Below, piece after piece: positions 8,655 through 18,279 of a DNA stretch of 28,787 bases. Position 1 is the stretch's first letter. Each line of letters opens with the position of its first letter. The position numbers were made by a program, and so were the translations under genes. Location of the stretch: the NCBI GenBank assembly GCA_039024555.1, contig JBCCQQ010000072.1, positions 1 to 28,787 of the forward strand. The letters run 5' to 3'. Source of the stretch: Cyanobacteria bacterium P01_D01_bin.156. Its GTDB lineage: Bacteria; Cyanobacteriota; Cyanobacteriia; Phormidesmidales; Phormidesmidaceae. The notes under the pieces are model-generated. The model was not told where the DNA came from. It saw only the letters and a program-made list of their open reading frames with translations, and searched no databases.

Positions 8655-9734
8655 CTATACCGTTGCCGCGCTCTTGGGGCGTGCAAAAATCATTCGGCCA
8701 GCAGAGGTTTGTAGCGCTCCTGTCACCACTACCAAGACTTGATTACCGATATAGCCCTTGCCCGATTCCACCACTACCATAGTGCCGTCGTTTAAGTAGC
8801 CTACGCCTTGGGCATCTTCCTTACCTTCCTTCAGAATCTTGATTTCAATGTCATCCCCGGGCAGATAGGCCGGGCGGATTGCTTTTGCCAAGTCATTAAT
8901 GTTTAGAACCGCCACTTGCTGCACTTTAGCCACTTTGCTGAGGTTGTAGTCATTGGTTAGCAACATGGCGTTCATTTCTTGGGCCAGTTTGACTAACTTG
9001 GCATCCACAGGGCCTACGTCGGTATAGTCTACTGGATCTACCACGATCCGATCTGGGTAAGTAGAGCGCAATCGATTCAAAATATCTAAACCTCGACGAC
9101 CCCGCACCCGTTTTTGATCGTTGGACGCATCGGCAACGGTCTGCAATTCCTGCAGCACAAATTGCGGGACTACAATGCGGCCTTCGAGAAATCCTGTTTC
9201 TAGTAACCCTTCTACCCGGCCATCGATAATGCAGCTGGTGTCCAAGATTTTCGATGCCACCGGCTTGAGTGTGCCTTCGGCAATCAGCATGCTCTCTACG
9301 CTACCGGGATTTACAATTCGCAATAGCGCTCGTCCCTGAGTATCGGCCAGATTCATGCCTGAAACAGCAAAAATGATGCTGTTCATAACCGCCGCTAGAG
9401 GCTTGATGAAACCAAACTCTCTAGGGATCGGCAACAAAAATACTGGAGCTAAAATTAGGTTGGCAATCAGTAGACCGAGAATTAATCCGATGGCTCGGGC
9501 AAAAATTCGATCCGGTGGTAAAGTCCGGATTTGTTTCTCGAAGCGACGGTAGCTAGTTTGGGCCACAATTCCCCCACCAGTCCCAATCAGAGCGCCAAAT
9601 CCGGCCATCACAAAACCTAGGCCTTCAAGGTTATTAACTTGTTCTAGAACTGACGGCGGCAGCAAATCAACGCTGTAGAAGCCAACGCCTGCCCCTGCAA
9701 AGATAAATGAAATGATGATTAATGCGTCTAGCAT
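8655..9734 (-). CDS. Membrane-anchored PIN/TRAM domain protein (YacL-like)
   Basis: N-terminal TM helices; PIN motifs KILDTSCIIDGR, ELQTVAD, RGRRGLDIL, LLTNDYNL; TRAM motif QGVGYLNDGTMVVVE...QTSAGRMIFA. Confidence 0.93.
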   Translation of the reverse strand: MLDALIIISFIFAGAGVGFYSVDLLPPSVLEQVNNLEGLGFVMAGFGALIGTGGGIVAQTSYRRFEKQIRTLPPDRIFARAIGLILGLLIANLILAPVFLLPIPREFGFIKPLAAVMNSIIFAVSGMNLADTQGRALLRIVNPGSVESMLIAEGTLKPVASKILDTSCIIDGRVEGLLETGFLEGRIVVPQFVLQELQTVADASNDQKRVRGRRGLDILNRLRSTYPDRIVVDPVDYTDVGPVDAKLVKLAQEMNAMLLTNDYNLSKVAKVQQVAVLNINDLAKAIRPAYLPGDDIEIKILKEGKEDAQGVGYLNDGTMVVVESGKGYIGNQVLVVVTGALQTSAGRMIFARPKSAATV

Positions 9735-9886
9735 TGAATGATGTCGACCTTATATGCGTTGGTGGTGGAACCGCCACCAGAGTACCCTTAAACAGCCCTA
9801 AGAAGGCTGAAACAACGCCATTATAATCACTGATGTCCTAAGGATTGGGTTACGCTCTAAATGCTTTTACGTTCTTACCTGGCTTA

Positions 9887-11068
9887 ATGCCCACATCGGC
9901 CTATATTCACATTCCATTTTGTCGCCGTCGCTGTTTTTATTGTGACTTTCCCATTTCGGTGATTGGTAACCGCAAGCGGGGCGAAACCTCAGGCACTATT
10001 CAGACCTATGTGGACTGGCTGTGTCAGGAAATTAAAGCTACACCGTCCCTTGGCCCTACGCTCAAAACAGTTTTCTTTGGTGGGGGCACACCGTCCCTAT
10101 TGTCCGTATCTCAGCTGGAAACCATTCTTGAAACTATTGAGCAACAGTTTGGTTTAGAAGGTGATGTGGAAGTTTCTATGGAAATGGACCCTGGCACCTT
10201 TGATATGGGCCATGCGCAGGGCTATCTGGCTTTGGGGGTGACTCGCATCAGTCTGGGCGTACAGGCATTTGATGATGGCTTATTGGAAACCTGTGGGCGT
10301 TTTCATCGGTTAGTTGATGTGGAGCGTGCTGTGGAGATTATGCATGCTTCCCAGGTGCCTAGCTGGAGTCTAGATTTAATTTCGGGACTGCCTGGGCAAA
10401 CCTTGAAGCAGTGGAAAAGCTCATTGGAGTGTGCGATCGCAGCCAACCCTAACCACATTTCCATCTACGATCTCACCATTGAACCCCAGACTCCTTTTGG
10501 GAAACAGTACAGCCCTGGACAATCCCCCCTACCCAGCGAAAGCACCACGGTTCATATGTACCGTTTGGCCCAACAAACCCTAACCGCTGCTGGCTACGAC
10601 CATTATGAAATCTCGAACTACGCTAAACCCGGACACCAGTGTCGTCATAACCGCACCTACTGGGAAAATCGTCCCTTTTATGGCTTTGGGATGGGAGCTA
10701 CTAGCTACACCCAAGGACAGCGCATCGCCCGACCCCGCACGCAAAAAACGTATCAGCAGTGGGTAAGCGCCTACCAATTAGCGAAAGGACTCCTCACAGA
10801 GCCCAAATTACCGTTGATAGAACAGCTGACCGATCGCCTTATGGTGGGTTTACGGCTGGCTGAAGGGATTGATTTAGCACCGTTTCTTAACACCTTTGGT
10901 CCCGATTTTATGGCTATGGTCAATGGCTGTTTGCAGGATTATATGCAAGCAGGACAAGTCATCCTAGAAGCTCAGCAACTGCGTCTCAGCGATCCCGAAG
11001 GTTTTTTAATTTCCAATGCCATCTTGTCAGATCTTTTCAACGGCATTGAACAGCTGCAGGAGATGTAG
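9887..11068 (+). CDS. hemW: Radical SAM heme chaperone HemW
   Basis: YIHIPFCRRRCFYCDF, FFGGGTPS, HYEISNY, HNRTYW (HNxxYW HemW signature). Start at ATG 9887. Confidence 0.93.
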   Translation: MPTSAYIHIPFCRRRCFYCDFPISVIGNRKRGETSGTIQTYVDWLCQEIKATPSLGPTLKTVFFGGGTPSLLSVSQLETILETIEQQFGLEGDVEVSMEMDPGTFDMGHAQGYLALGVTRISLGVQAFDDGLLETCGRFHRLVDVERAVEIMHASQVPSWSLDLISGLPGQTLKQWKSSLECAIAANPNHISIYDLTIEPQTPFGKQYSPGQSPLPSESTTVHMYRLAQQTLTAAGYDHYEISNYAKPGHQCRHNRTYWENRPFYGFGMGATSYTQGQRIARPRTQKTYQQWVSAYQLAKGLLTEPKLPLIEQLTDRLMVGLRLAEGIDLAPFLNTFGPDFMAMVNGCLQDYMQAGQVILEAQQLRLSDPEGFLISNAILSDLFNGIEQLQEM

Positions 11069-11088
11069 GTGGGCATTACGCACCCTGC
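11065..11088 (+). repeat. Degenerate GTAG-type REP-like palindrome
   Basis: GTAGGTGGGCATTACGCACCCTGC overlaps the hemW stop and resembles cyanobacterial GTAGGGTGGGCA..GCCCACCCTAC repeats. Confidence 0.4.
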
Positions 11089-11104
11089 AAAACTTAAACG
11101 TTTT

Positions 11105-11118
11105 GTAACTTCGATTAC
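11105..11118 (+). promoter_or_regulatory. Possible NtcA box upstream of serA
   Basis: GTAACTTCGATTAC fits GTA-N8-TAC; there is no -10 box at the canonical 22-23 nt spacing. Confidence 0.25.
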
Positions 11119-11209
11119 TGTATCCACGATCCATAATTTGCCAAAGGAAGAATTTGTACCCTTGCAGTGATGCAGTACGATTAGTCCCTGTAAAAAAAAT
11201 CCCACAGCT

Positions 11210-12790
11210 ATGCCGAAGGTACTTGTCTCTGACCCCATTGATCAATCCGGTCTCGATATTTTGGCCCAGGTGGCCCAAGTGGATGTCAAAACCAAGCTGC
11301 CCCTTGAAGAACTGGTGCAGCTAATCCCCAACTATGATGCTTTGATGATTCGCTCAGGGACCAAAGTCACCAGCGAAGTTATTGAAGCTGCTAGCCAGCT
11401 GAAAATTATCGGTCGTGCTGGTGTGGGTGTGGATAACGTTGATGTTGCTGCAGCTACGCGGCGGGGCATTGTGGTAGTCAATTCTCCAGAAGGGAATACC
11501 ATTGCCGCTGCAGAACATGCCCTGGCCATGATGCTTGCCCTGTCTCGCAACATCCCGGAAGCGGATAAATCCGTAAAAACATCTGCTTGGAATCGCAAAC
11601 AGTTTACTGGTGTAGAAGTCTATAAGAAGATCCTGGGCGTTGTGGGTCTAGGTAAAATTGGCTCCCATGTGGCAACAGTGGCACGGGCTATGGGGATGAC
11701 AATTCTGGCCTACGATCCGTTTATTTCGAAGGAACGCGCTGCTGAATTGGGCTGTAGTCTGGTGGATCTTGACATGCTGTTCCAGGAAGCCGATTACATT
11801 ACTCTGCATATTCCTAAAACTGCTGAGACAGCCCATTTAATTAACGCCGCAGCTCTGGCCAAGATGAAGCCTACGGCCCGCATCATCAACTGCGCTCGCG
11901 GTGGCATTATCGATGAGACTGCCCTGCATGATGCTGTAAAGAATGGCACCATTGCCGGGGCGGCTATTGACGTATATGAAGAAGAACCCCTGGGAGAAAG
12001 CCCACTGCGAGAGCTCGGTAAATCCATCGTGCTCACTCCACACCTGGGAGCATCCACCACGGAAGCTCAAATCAACGTAGCGGTGGATGTGGCTGAGCAA
12101 ATCCGCGATGTCCTTTTAGGGCTACCGGCTCGCTCCGCTGTCAATATTCCTGGTCTACGCCCTGATGTTTTAGAACGATTAAGACCCTACCTACAACTGG
12201 CTGAAACCCTAGGAAATCTGGTGGGACAGCTGGCTGGTGGTCGTGTGGAACAAGTACAAATCCGACTGCAGGGTGATCTCGCGGATCAGGATAGTAAGCC
12301 TATCGTTATCGCCACACTCAAGGGGCTATTGACCAATGCTTTACGGGAGCGGGTGAACTACGTCAACGCCTCCATTGAGGCCAAAGAACGAGGCATTAAG
12401 GTGATCGAGACTCGCGATGCCAGCATTAAGGACTTTACGGGGTCGCTTTACGTGTCGGCCCAGGGGTCTTTAGGGGAGCATTCGGTGACTGGGACGATTC
12501 TGGGTGGCAATGAAGTGCGCATCACCGATATTAATAACTTCCCGATCAACGTGCCGCCTACCAAGTACATGCTATTCACACTGCACCGCGATATGCCGGG
12601 CATCATTGGCAAAATCGGCTCCTTGCTGGGTAGCTTTAACGTCAATATTGCCAGCATGCAGGTAGGACGTCAGATTGTACGCGGTGATGCTGTCATGGTG
12701 CTAAGCATTGACGATCCCCTTCCTGATGGCATTCTGGAGGAAATAACAAAAGTGCCTGGCATCCGCGATGCTTATACCGTTGCCCTATAG
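11210..12790 (+). CDS. serA: D-3-phosphoglycerate dehydrogenase
   Basis: IGRAGVGVDNVD, GLGKIG Rossmann motif, INCARGG, TPHLGAST, ASB domain and C-terminal ACT domain (HRDMPGIIGKIG). Confidence 0.98.
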   Translation: MPKVLVSDPIDQSGLDILAQVAQVDVKTKLPLEELVQLIPNYDALMIRSGTKVTSEVIEAASQLKIIGRAGVGVDNVDVAAATRRGIVVVNSPEGNTIAAAEHALAMMLALSRNIPEADKSVKTSAWNRKQFTGVEVYKKILGVVGLGKIGSHVATVARAMGMTILAYDPFISKERAAELGCSLVDLDMLFQEADYITLHIPKTAETAHLINAAALAKMKPTARIINCARGGIIDETALHDAVKNGTIAGAAIDVYEEEPLGESPLRELGKSIVLTPHLGASTTEAQINVAVDVAEQIRDVLLGLPARSAVNIPGLRPDVLERLRPYLQLAETLGNLVGQLAGGRVEQVQIRLQGDLADQDSKPIVIATLKGLLTNALRERVNYVNASIEAKERGIKVIETRDASIKDFTGSLYVSAQGSLGEHSVTGTILGGNEVRITDINNFPINVPPTKYMLFTLHRDMPGIIGKIGSLLGSFNVNIASMQVGRQIVRGDAVMVLSIDDPLPDGILEEITKVPGIRDAYTVAL

Positions 12791-12805
12791 AATGGGCTAA
12801 GATTG

Positions 12806-12846
12806 CCCCTAATATTCTCTAGGAGATGCCTAACCAATATTAGGGG
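12806..12846. terminator. Stem-loop between serA and prmA
   Basis: Perfect 11-bp inverted repeat CCCCTAATATT (12806-12816) / AATATTAGGGG (12836-12846); no strong U-tract. Confidence 0.5.
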
Positions 12847-12874
12847 TACTTCTAAAAGATGATGCCTTCAAACC

Positions 12875-13780
12875 TTGCATAAATCCTTGGCAAATACTTG
12901 GTGGGAGATACAAGTTACCTGTTCCTCGCTGCTAGAAGATACGATCTTCTGGAGGTTTGAAAATTGGAATGGTCGAGGTACTGCAAGCGAACGGTTGGGC
13001 CACCAAAGCCAAATTAAGGCCTATTTTCCCCAACAGCAGTTTTGTAACGTGGACTTGGCGGCGTTGGCCTTGCGGTTTCAGCAGGATGCCCTATGCTTTG
13101 GACTACAGGAAGAGCCTCAAGTCAGCTGGAGTTTGATTGAGGATGAGGATTGGTCTAAAAGCTGGAAAAAGTATTGGCAGCCTCAACCCATTGGCGACAA
13201 ACTGCTGATTAATCCAGCTTGGATGGACTTACCTCAAGATCCAGACCGATTTATTTTGCAGCTTGATCCAGGGACAGCATTTGGAACCGGCACTCACCCC
13301 ACGACCCAGCTGTGTCTAGAGTCCCTGGAAATGCGGTTAAGTGAGTATAGCGACAACTCCACCAGTATCATCGCTGACATTGGCTGTGGTTCTGGCATTT
13401 TATCGATTGGGGCGATTTTGCTTGGGGCCTATCAGGTCCATGCCGTAGATACGGATCCCTTGGCCGTTAAAGCAACAGCGGAAAATCGAGCTCTCAACGG
13501 CATGTCATCGGAACAAATTGATGTTGCTCAAGGAAGTGTTAAGGCGCTTAATCCTAGTGCTCCGGTGGATGGCATTGTATGCAATATTCTGGCTGAGATT
13601 ATTGTGGAGCTGATTCCTCATTTCAACGGGATTGCTAAAGATTCTACCTGGGGAATTTTGAGTGGGATTCTACTGGAGCAGTCAAAATGGGTGGCTGATG
13701 TTTTGGAAAGCCATGGCTGGATGGTGGCTACCCTGTGGCGGCGAGATGATTGGTGCTGCATGAATATTCGACGTTCGTAG
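12875..13780 (+). CDS. prmA: Ribosomal protein L11 methyltransferase
   Basis: [48 protein letters not shown]. The start could be TTG 12887. Confidence 0.96.
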   Translation: MHKSLANTWWEIQVTCSSLLEDTIFWRFENWNGRGTASERLGHQSQIKAYFPQQQFCNVDLAALALRFQQDALCFGLQEEPQVSWSLIEDEDWSKSWKKYWQPQPIGDKLLINPAWMDLPQDPDRFILQLDPGTAFGTGTHPTTQLCLESLEMRLSEYSDNSTSIIADIGCGSGILSIGAILLGAYQVHAVDTDPLAVKATAENRALNGMSSEQIDVAQGSVKALNPSAPVDGIVCNILAEIIVELIPHFNGIAKDSTWGILSGILLEQSKWVADVLESHGWMVATLWRRDDWCCMNIRRS

Positions 13781-13807
13781 TTTTTCATTCCCCACGTTCT
13801 AATCTCT

Positions 13808-13981
13808 ATGGATAGCTGGCTTTACATTGTCAAAATTGCGATCGCATCCGCTATTTTGAGTGCCTTAATTAAGTGGGTAGGCCCCATGGTTGAGCCACCC
13901 GAGTCCATTGCCCTCATTCTTGTATTACTCCCCACCACAGTATTAGCAGGGGTATTGCTCCTTCGCTTACGCCAGTCCTAG
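13808..13981 (+). CDS. Small 57-aa two-helix membrane protein (not in ORF track)
   Basis: Manual translation gives MDSWLYIVKIAIASAILSALIKWVGPMVEPPESIALILVLLPTTVLAGVLLLRLRQS*. It fills the prmA-DUF39 gap on the same strand and resembles a cyanobacterial LS-x-LIK-(Y/W)-x-GP...LLPT small-protein pattern. Confidence 0.8.
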   Translation: MDSWLYIVKIAIASAILSALIKWVGPMVEPPESIALILVLLPTTVLAGVLLLRLRQS

Positions 13982-13993
13982 ATAATTCCAGCT

Positions 13994-15178
13994 ATGGCGA
14001 CTATCCGCACTATCCCCGAAATCAATCAAAAAATTCGCGAGGGGACCGTCATCGTATGGACCGTTGAAGAAACCAAGGCTAGGGTCGCTGAATTGGGCTT
14101 AGAAGAGGCTACCGCCACCGTTGATGTGGTCACCACCGGTACCTTTGAACCCATGGAATCCTCTGGGGCCGTCATGAATCTGGGGCACACTGACCCCCCC
14201 ATTAATATTCGGGAATGCTATCTCGATGGGGTGATGGCTTACGCCGGCTTTGGTGCCGTTGATCTCTATTTAGGGGCCAGTCAAACTGCCGACGACAATC
14301 GATGGGGCGATACCCCAGACAGTGAAACTGTTAGTGAGCGCGGTGGTGGCCATGTCATTGCTCAGCTAATTGCGGGTAAATCGGTCAATTTAAGAGCCTT
14401 GGGCCATGTGAGCGATTGCTATCCCCGTTCAACGTTAGATATCTCCATCACCCGAGATACGATTAACCAGTTCTATCTGTTCAATCCCCGTAACCTCTAC
14501 CAAAACTTTATTGTGGGTGTGAACAGCAGTGACCGACCACTATTGACCTATCTGGGACCCTTACAACCCTTTCTAGGCAATGCGGTTTACGCTAGCTCAG
14601 GGGCACTGTCCCCCATGCTCAACGATCCGCAACTGCAAACCATTGGCATTGGCAGTCGGTTATTTATTGGCGGAGCTCCAGGCTATATCGCCTGGGAAGG
14701 CACCCAGCATTTTCCACTACAAAAACGTCTGCCCAACGACACACCCATTGGCCCCTCTGCCACCGTAGCCCTAATCGGTAATGCGAAACAGATGCACCCT
14801 GAATGGGTTAGGGGCTGTTACTTTTCCGGTTACGGACCTTCCCTGATGCTGGGAGTGGGAGTGCCTATTCCCATATTGAACGAAGCTGTTCTACAGAGCT
14901 GTGCCATCACCGATCAAGATGTTGTTGCCCCAGTAATTGACTTCTCTATTCCTCGGCGGGTGCGTCCTAGCTTTGGCCTAGTGAGCTACCAGCAGCTAAA
15001 GTCCGGACGGATCACCATTAACGGTAGCCGGGTGAGAACTGCCCCGTTATCAAGCCTGTATTTAGGACGTAAAGTTGCTACGACCCTTAAAGAATGGATT
15101 ATTTCCGGTAGCTTTGAGCTCAGTGAGCCCGTTGCTCCTTTGCCTAAACAAACCGCTTTTTTGCCACAAAATAACTAG
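13994..15178 (+). CDS. DUF39 / homocysteine biosynthesis protein (aspartate-semialdehyde sulfurtransferase-like)
   Basis: RTIPEINQKI, VDVVTTGTFEPM, VDLYLGA, GGGHVI, CYPR, FNPRNLYQN, LSPMLNDP, IGIGSR, GYGPSL motifs; no CBS tail. Confidence 0.9.
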   Translation: MATIRTIPEINQKIREGTVIVWTVEETKARVAELGLEEATATVDVVTTGTFEPMESSGAVMNLGHTDPPINIRECYLDGVMAYAGFGAVDLYLGASQTADDNRWGDTPDSETVSERGGGHVIAQLIAGKSVNLRALGHVSDCYPRSTLDISITRDTINQFYLFNPRNLYQNFIVGVNSSDRPLLTYLGPLQPFLGNAVYASSGALSPMLNDPQLQTIGIGSRLFIGGAPGYIAWEGTQHFPLQKRLPNDTPIGPSATVALIGNAKQMHPEWVRGCYFSGYGPSLMLGVGVPIPILNEAVLQSCAITDQDVVAPVIDFSIPRRVRPSFGLVSYQQLKSGRITINGSRVRTAPLSSLYLGRKVATTLKEWIISGSFELSEPVAPLPKQTAFLPQNN

Positions 15179-15242
15179 GTGCAGGACGCAGATTAGTTAT
15201 TTGGATTTAGGCCAAGAGCGATAGCTAGGACCACCACTAAAC

Positions 15243-16298
15243 CTAGTCAGCGGATAGGTCAGATTTAGCGGTACTTTCCTCTCCTACCTGAATAACACTG
15301 GGCGTAGAGTCGTCCTTGCTAGAATCTTTGTCCAAGTTAGGTTTGGGACGAGGTGTGCCTGCTCGTTTAGGCAGTCGGCGCTTACCGCCGCCACTGCTGC
15401 CGCCGCCATTAAACCGTTTTTTAGATTTCTTTTTCGGAGGAACAGCAGCTACATAGTTTCCCTCAGTTAACACAAACTGATTGCCCTCGCGACGTACATC
15501 CATGTCCCAGAAGTAGCCAATGGTTTTCACACCTATACTGCCATTGACAACCAGTTTAAAGGGACGCTTGGGCTGTTTACCCGCACGCATTTTCTGAACG
15601 ATGCTAACGGTGATTTCCTGTTTACGCTCGTCGTACTTAACCACCTCACCGCGAATAGAAAAGTAGTCAGGTTCAATGGCTTCTGCCGGGGTATCAGGTG
15701 TGTCCTCTTCCTCTTCACCCAGGGTTTCTGGCTCCCACACGCCGACAATTTGCACTGCAATGCCAAGGTCGTCCTGAAAAATTGTACGGGGATACACTAC
15801 CCAAAGGTGCTCTTGTTCTAGGTCCAAATGTTTTTTGACTAGGCTTGTGGTTCTGCCCAGGAGCACAGCAGCCGTCACTGTTTCATCGTGGTTAACGATA
15901 TTGCCTCGATTAAAGGTTTCCTCCGAAGGCTGATATTTTCCTCTCAGTAACCCAATCGCCCGATACTGCATGGGCTCGCTTGGGGGAGAAATGGGCTGGT
16001 GTCTAACTTGAGGAGCTGCCTCAGCAGCGTGCTCGCTTTCTGGCTCAGCTACTTCTTGTACTACTTCAGGGGAATCATGGGTGGCAGATACTTTAGGCGC
16101 AGATACGACCTGGCTGGGTGAGGTCTCAGGTGGCTGAATCGCTGGCTTGGGGGGTTCTTCAGCCGGAATCGGTTTAGCCGGTCGTCTAGGGGGCTGCTTG
16201 AGAGCCGGACGATTCGAGTCAGCAGCTGCGCTAGCATCCGCTTGGCTATCTGATACGCGGTTACTTTTTTCAGGGAGGCGACTGTCTGCAGAACTCAT
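15243..16298 (-). CDS. Conserved cyanobacterial hypothetical protein
   Basis: Pro/Glu-rich disordered ends around a core PISPPSEPMQYRAIGL...LWVVYPRT...QIVGVWEPETL...YFSIRGEV. Confidence 0.85.
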   Translation of the reverse strand: MSSADSRLPEKSNRVSDSQADASAAADSNRPALKQPPRRPAKPIPAEEPPKPAIQPPETSPSQVVSAPKVSATHDSPEVVQEVAEPESEHAAEAAPQVRHQPISPPSEPMQYRAIGLLRGKYQPSEETFNRGNIVNHDETVTAAVLLGRTTSLVKKHLDLEQEHLWVVYPRTIFQDDLGIAVQIVGVWEPETLGEEEEDTPDTPAEAIEPDYFSIRGEVVKYDERKQEITVSIVQKMRAGKQPKRPFKLVVNGSIGVKTIGYFWDMDVRREGNQFVLTEGNYVAAVPPKKKSKKRFNGGGSSGGGKRRLPKRAGTPRPKPNLDKDSSKDDSTPSVIQVGEESTAKSDLSAD

Positions 16299-16895
16299 TA
16301 ATTTCGAAACCTCTTCAATCAGGAAATCAGCTTACTTAATATGAACGGTATGTTCGGGAGTGACTTTATCTAGGAGTTTTAATAGCTTGGCTAAATATAC
16401 GTGCTGTCGGGCTGTTTGGGTTGAACTAGACCTATGAGAATTATCAGGGGCGTGACTGTTTGGTTGAACCTAGCAGCTTTTTGTTTAATAAACCAAGCCC
16501 ATGGGAAAAAATCAACCGATTTAATGGCCCAGCATACAGGGCCATTGGTCGCTTTTAGGTTACCATTCACCGGTTTTGACGAATGTCAGCTTAATTTAAA
16601 GGATATTCTCTACAATCAGCTGACGCCTATTAAAAGGAATATCAAACTAGCTGCCATAGCAATTAATATCTACCGTTTGCCACAACTAAATCGGTGTCTA
16701 GATAACTTATAAGGAAATGTTTATACTTTTCTCGCTGAGTAAGCCGAATCTATCAATGGCGGGGAATTAATAATACCGCTCAAATGCTGCTAGAAACGTC
16801 GTTCAATCCACCCTGAGCAAAAGCCCAACTGTCCTGGCGCATTTGGTTTAATATGGGCAAGTCGTATTCACACGTTGCTTTAGAGGGAGATTCCT

Positions 16896-17840
16896 GTGGC
16901 TGTCAAACGCAATCGCTGGTTGGTTGGGGGCATTTTATTTATAGCTGTGGCCTCACTGCTAGCTGTTTCCCTGGGTCCCTTTATCCAAACGGCCTTTGAG
17001 CGGCAGGGCAACTACAATAACGCAGCTTCTACCCCCACAACTGCTGACCGTCAGGCAGAGCTTGAAGGTCGAGCCAATGGGTATGAGCTGGTTTTAGAAC
17101 GGGAACCCAATAATCAGGCAGCCTTAGAAGGCTTAGTGGAGGCCCGCATTGGTTTGGGTGACATAGCGGGAGCGGCTGAACCCTTGGCTCGACTAGCAGA
17201 GCTAAATCCCCAGGACCCTCGATATGCGGTTCTACTGGCCCAAACCAAACAGGAACTCAACGATTTGGAAGGAGCTGCCCAAACCTACCGCAGCGTCCTT
17301 ACCGCCAGTCCAGGCAATATGGAAGCTTTGCAGGGCTTGGTGACGTTGCTGCTGGAGCAGCAACGTCCTCAGGCTGCCGTGGGTTTACTGCAGGACACGT
17401 TGAAAACTGCGGAGCAGTCTAACCAAATTCAACCAGGCACTATTGATGTGGTGGCGGTTAAGTTACTGCTGGGACAGGTTTATGCGGATCAAACTCGCTA
17501 TGATGATGCGATCGCAATATACGACACAGCCATTCAAGACACGCAGAATTTAGGCGGCACTCCTGATTTTCGTCCTACCCTGGCCAAGGCACTGATATTA
17601 CGAGAAGTCGGCAACGAGAGCGACGCTAAACCCCTCTTTGAAACCGCTCTATCCCTTGCCCCGGTACAATTTAAAGATCGAATTCAGCAATTGATTGACC
17701 AAGGGCGGCCCAGCGAGGACACAATAGACTCTGAATCCGTCCCCCCGCAGCCTTCGGAGAATAGTGACGATAACGATACTGAGGCTTCTGAAACACCGGC
17801 TACCGAAACAGAGCCCACTGTTGAAGCAGCCGATGAATAG
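16896..17840 (+). CDS. Membrane-anchored tetratricopeptide repeat protein
   Basis: GAGGGAG RBS, GTG start, N-terminal TM, TPR-like repeats (PNNQAALEGL, PGNMEALQGL, LLGQVYADQTRYDDAIAIYD), acidic tail. Confidence 0.9.
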   Translation: MAVKRNRWLVGGILFIAVASLLAVSLGPFIQTAFERQGNYNNAASTPTTADRQAELEGRANGYELVLEREPNNQAALEGLVEARIGLGDIAGAAEPLARLAELNPQDPRYAVLLAQTKQELNDLEGAAQTYRSVLTASPGNMEALQGLVTLLLEQQRPQAAVGLLQDTLKTAEQSNQIQPGTIDVVAVKLLLGQVYADQTRYDDAIAIYDTAIQDTQNLGGTPDFRPTLAKALILREVGNESDAKPLFETALSLAPVQFKDRIQQLIDQGRPSEDTIDSESVPPQPSENSDDNDTEASETPATETEPTVEAADE

Positions 17841-17871
17841 GACGGGTTTTATATCTCTACAAGAGCGACCA

Positions 17872-18183
17872 TCAAGAAGCTGTTTGGCTGGACATTTGTT
17901 GACTACTGAAGGAACTCTTCTGAGTTCCAGCCGCTAATGTATCAACTTCACTAAATTCAATGTGATTGATTAAGGTCGTTACAAAGGCAAATAATAAGAA
18001 TGGTAACGATAGCACTAAAATCAGTCCCACACATACCAGTGCATATAATGGGCGGCTGGCGCCCATCAAACCTAGGGCAGTGGCCAAACTAAGGAACAGT
18101 ACAATTAGCCAAACAATTATCTGGCCATAGATATCACCAAATGTCAGAGTACAAACAAACCGATACTTCGACGCTTTATTCAT
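17872..18183 (-). CDS. Conserved cyanobacterial small membrane protein
   Basis: KYRFVCTLTFGDIYGQII followed by two TM helices; ATG at 18183. Confidence 0.8.
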   Translation of the reverse strand: MNKASKYRFVCTLTFGDIYGQIIVWLIVLFLSLATALGLMGASRPLYALVCVGLILVLSLPFLLFAFVTTLINHIEFSEVDTLAAGTQKSSFSSQQMSSQTAS

Positions 18184-18279
18184 AGTGTGGAGACTCACAT
18201 TATTCGAGTTTATTCAGGATATCTAGCTCCTTAATCTAGTTCACCATTTCTCAACACAGCTTCAAGAATTGAAGTCATC

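Noticed and set aside
8655..11068. PIN nuclease as a toxin or defence gene, or radical SAM enzymes (hemW, moaA) as RiPP maturases for the Trp-rich tails
   Set aside because: PIN/TRAM, HemW and MoaA carry their ordinary housekeeping signatures. No antitoxin, precursor peptide or RRE is seen.
16412..16473. Possible mini-CRISPR (GTTGAAC-containing repeats)
   Set aside because: Only two short imperfect copies with a 44-bp period, and no cas genes.
16434..16712. 92-aa ORF in the divergent intergenic region
   Set aside because: No recognisable motifs and it lies in AT-rich promoter-like DNA. Cannot be supported without homologs.
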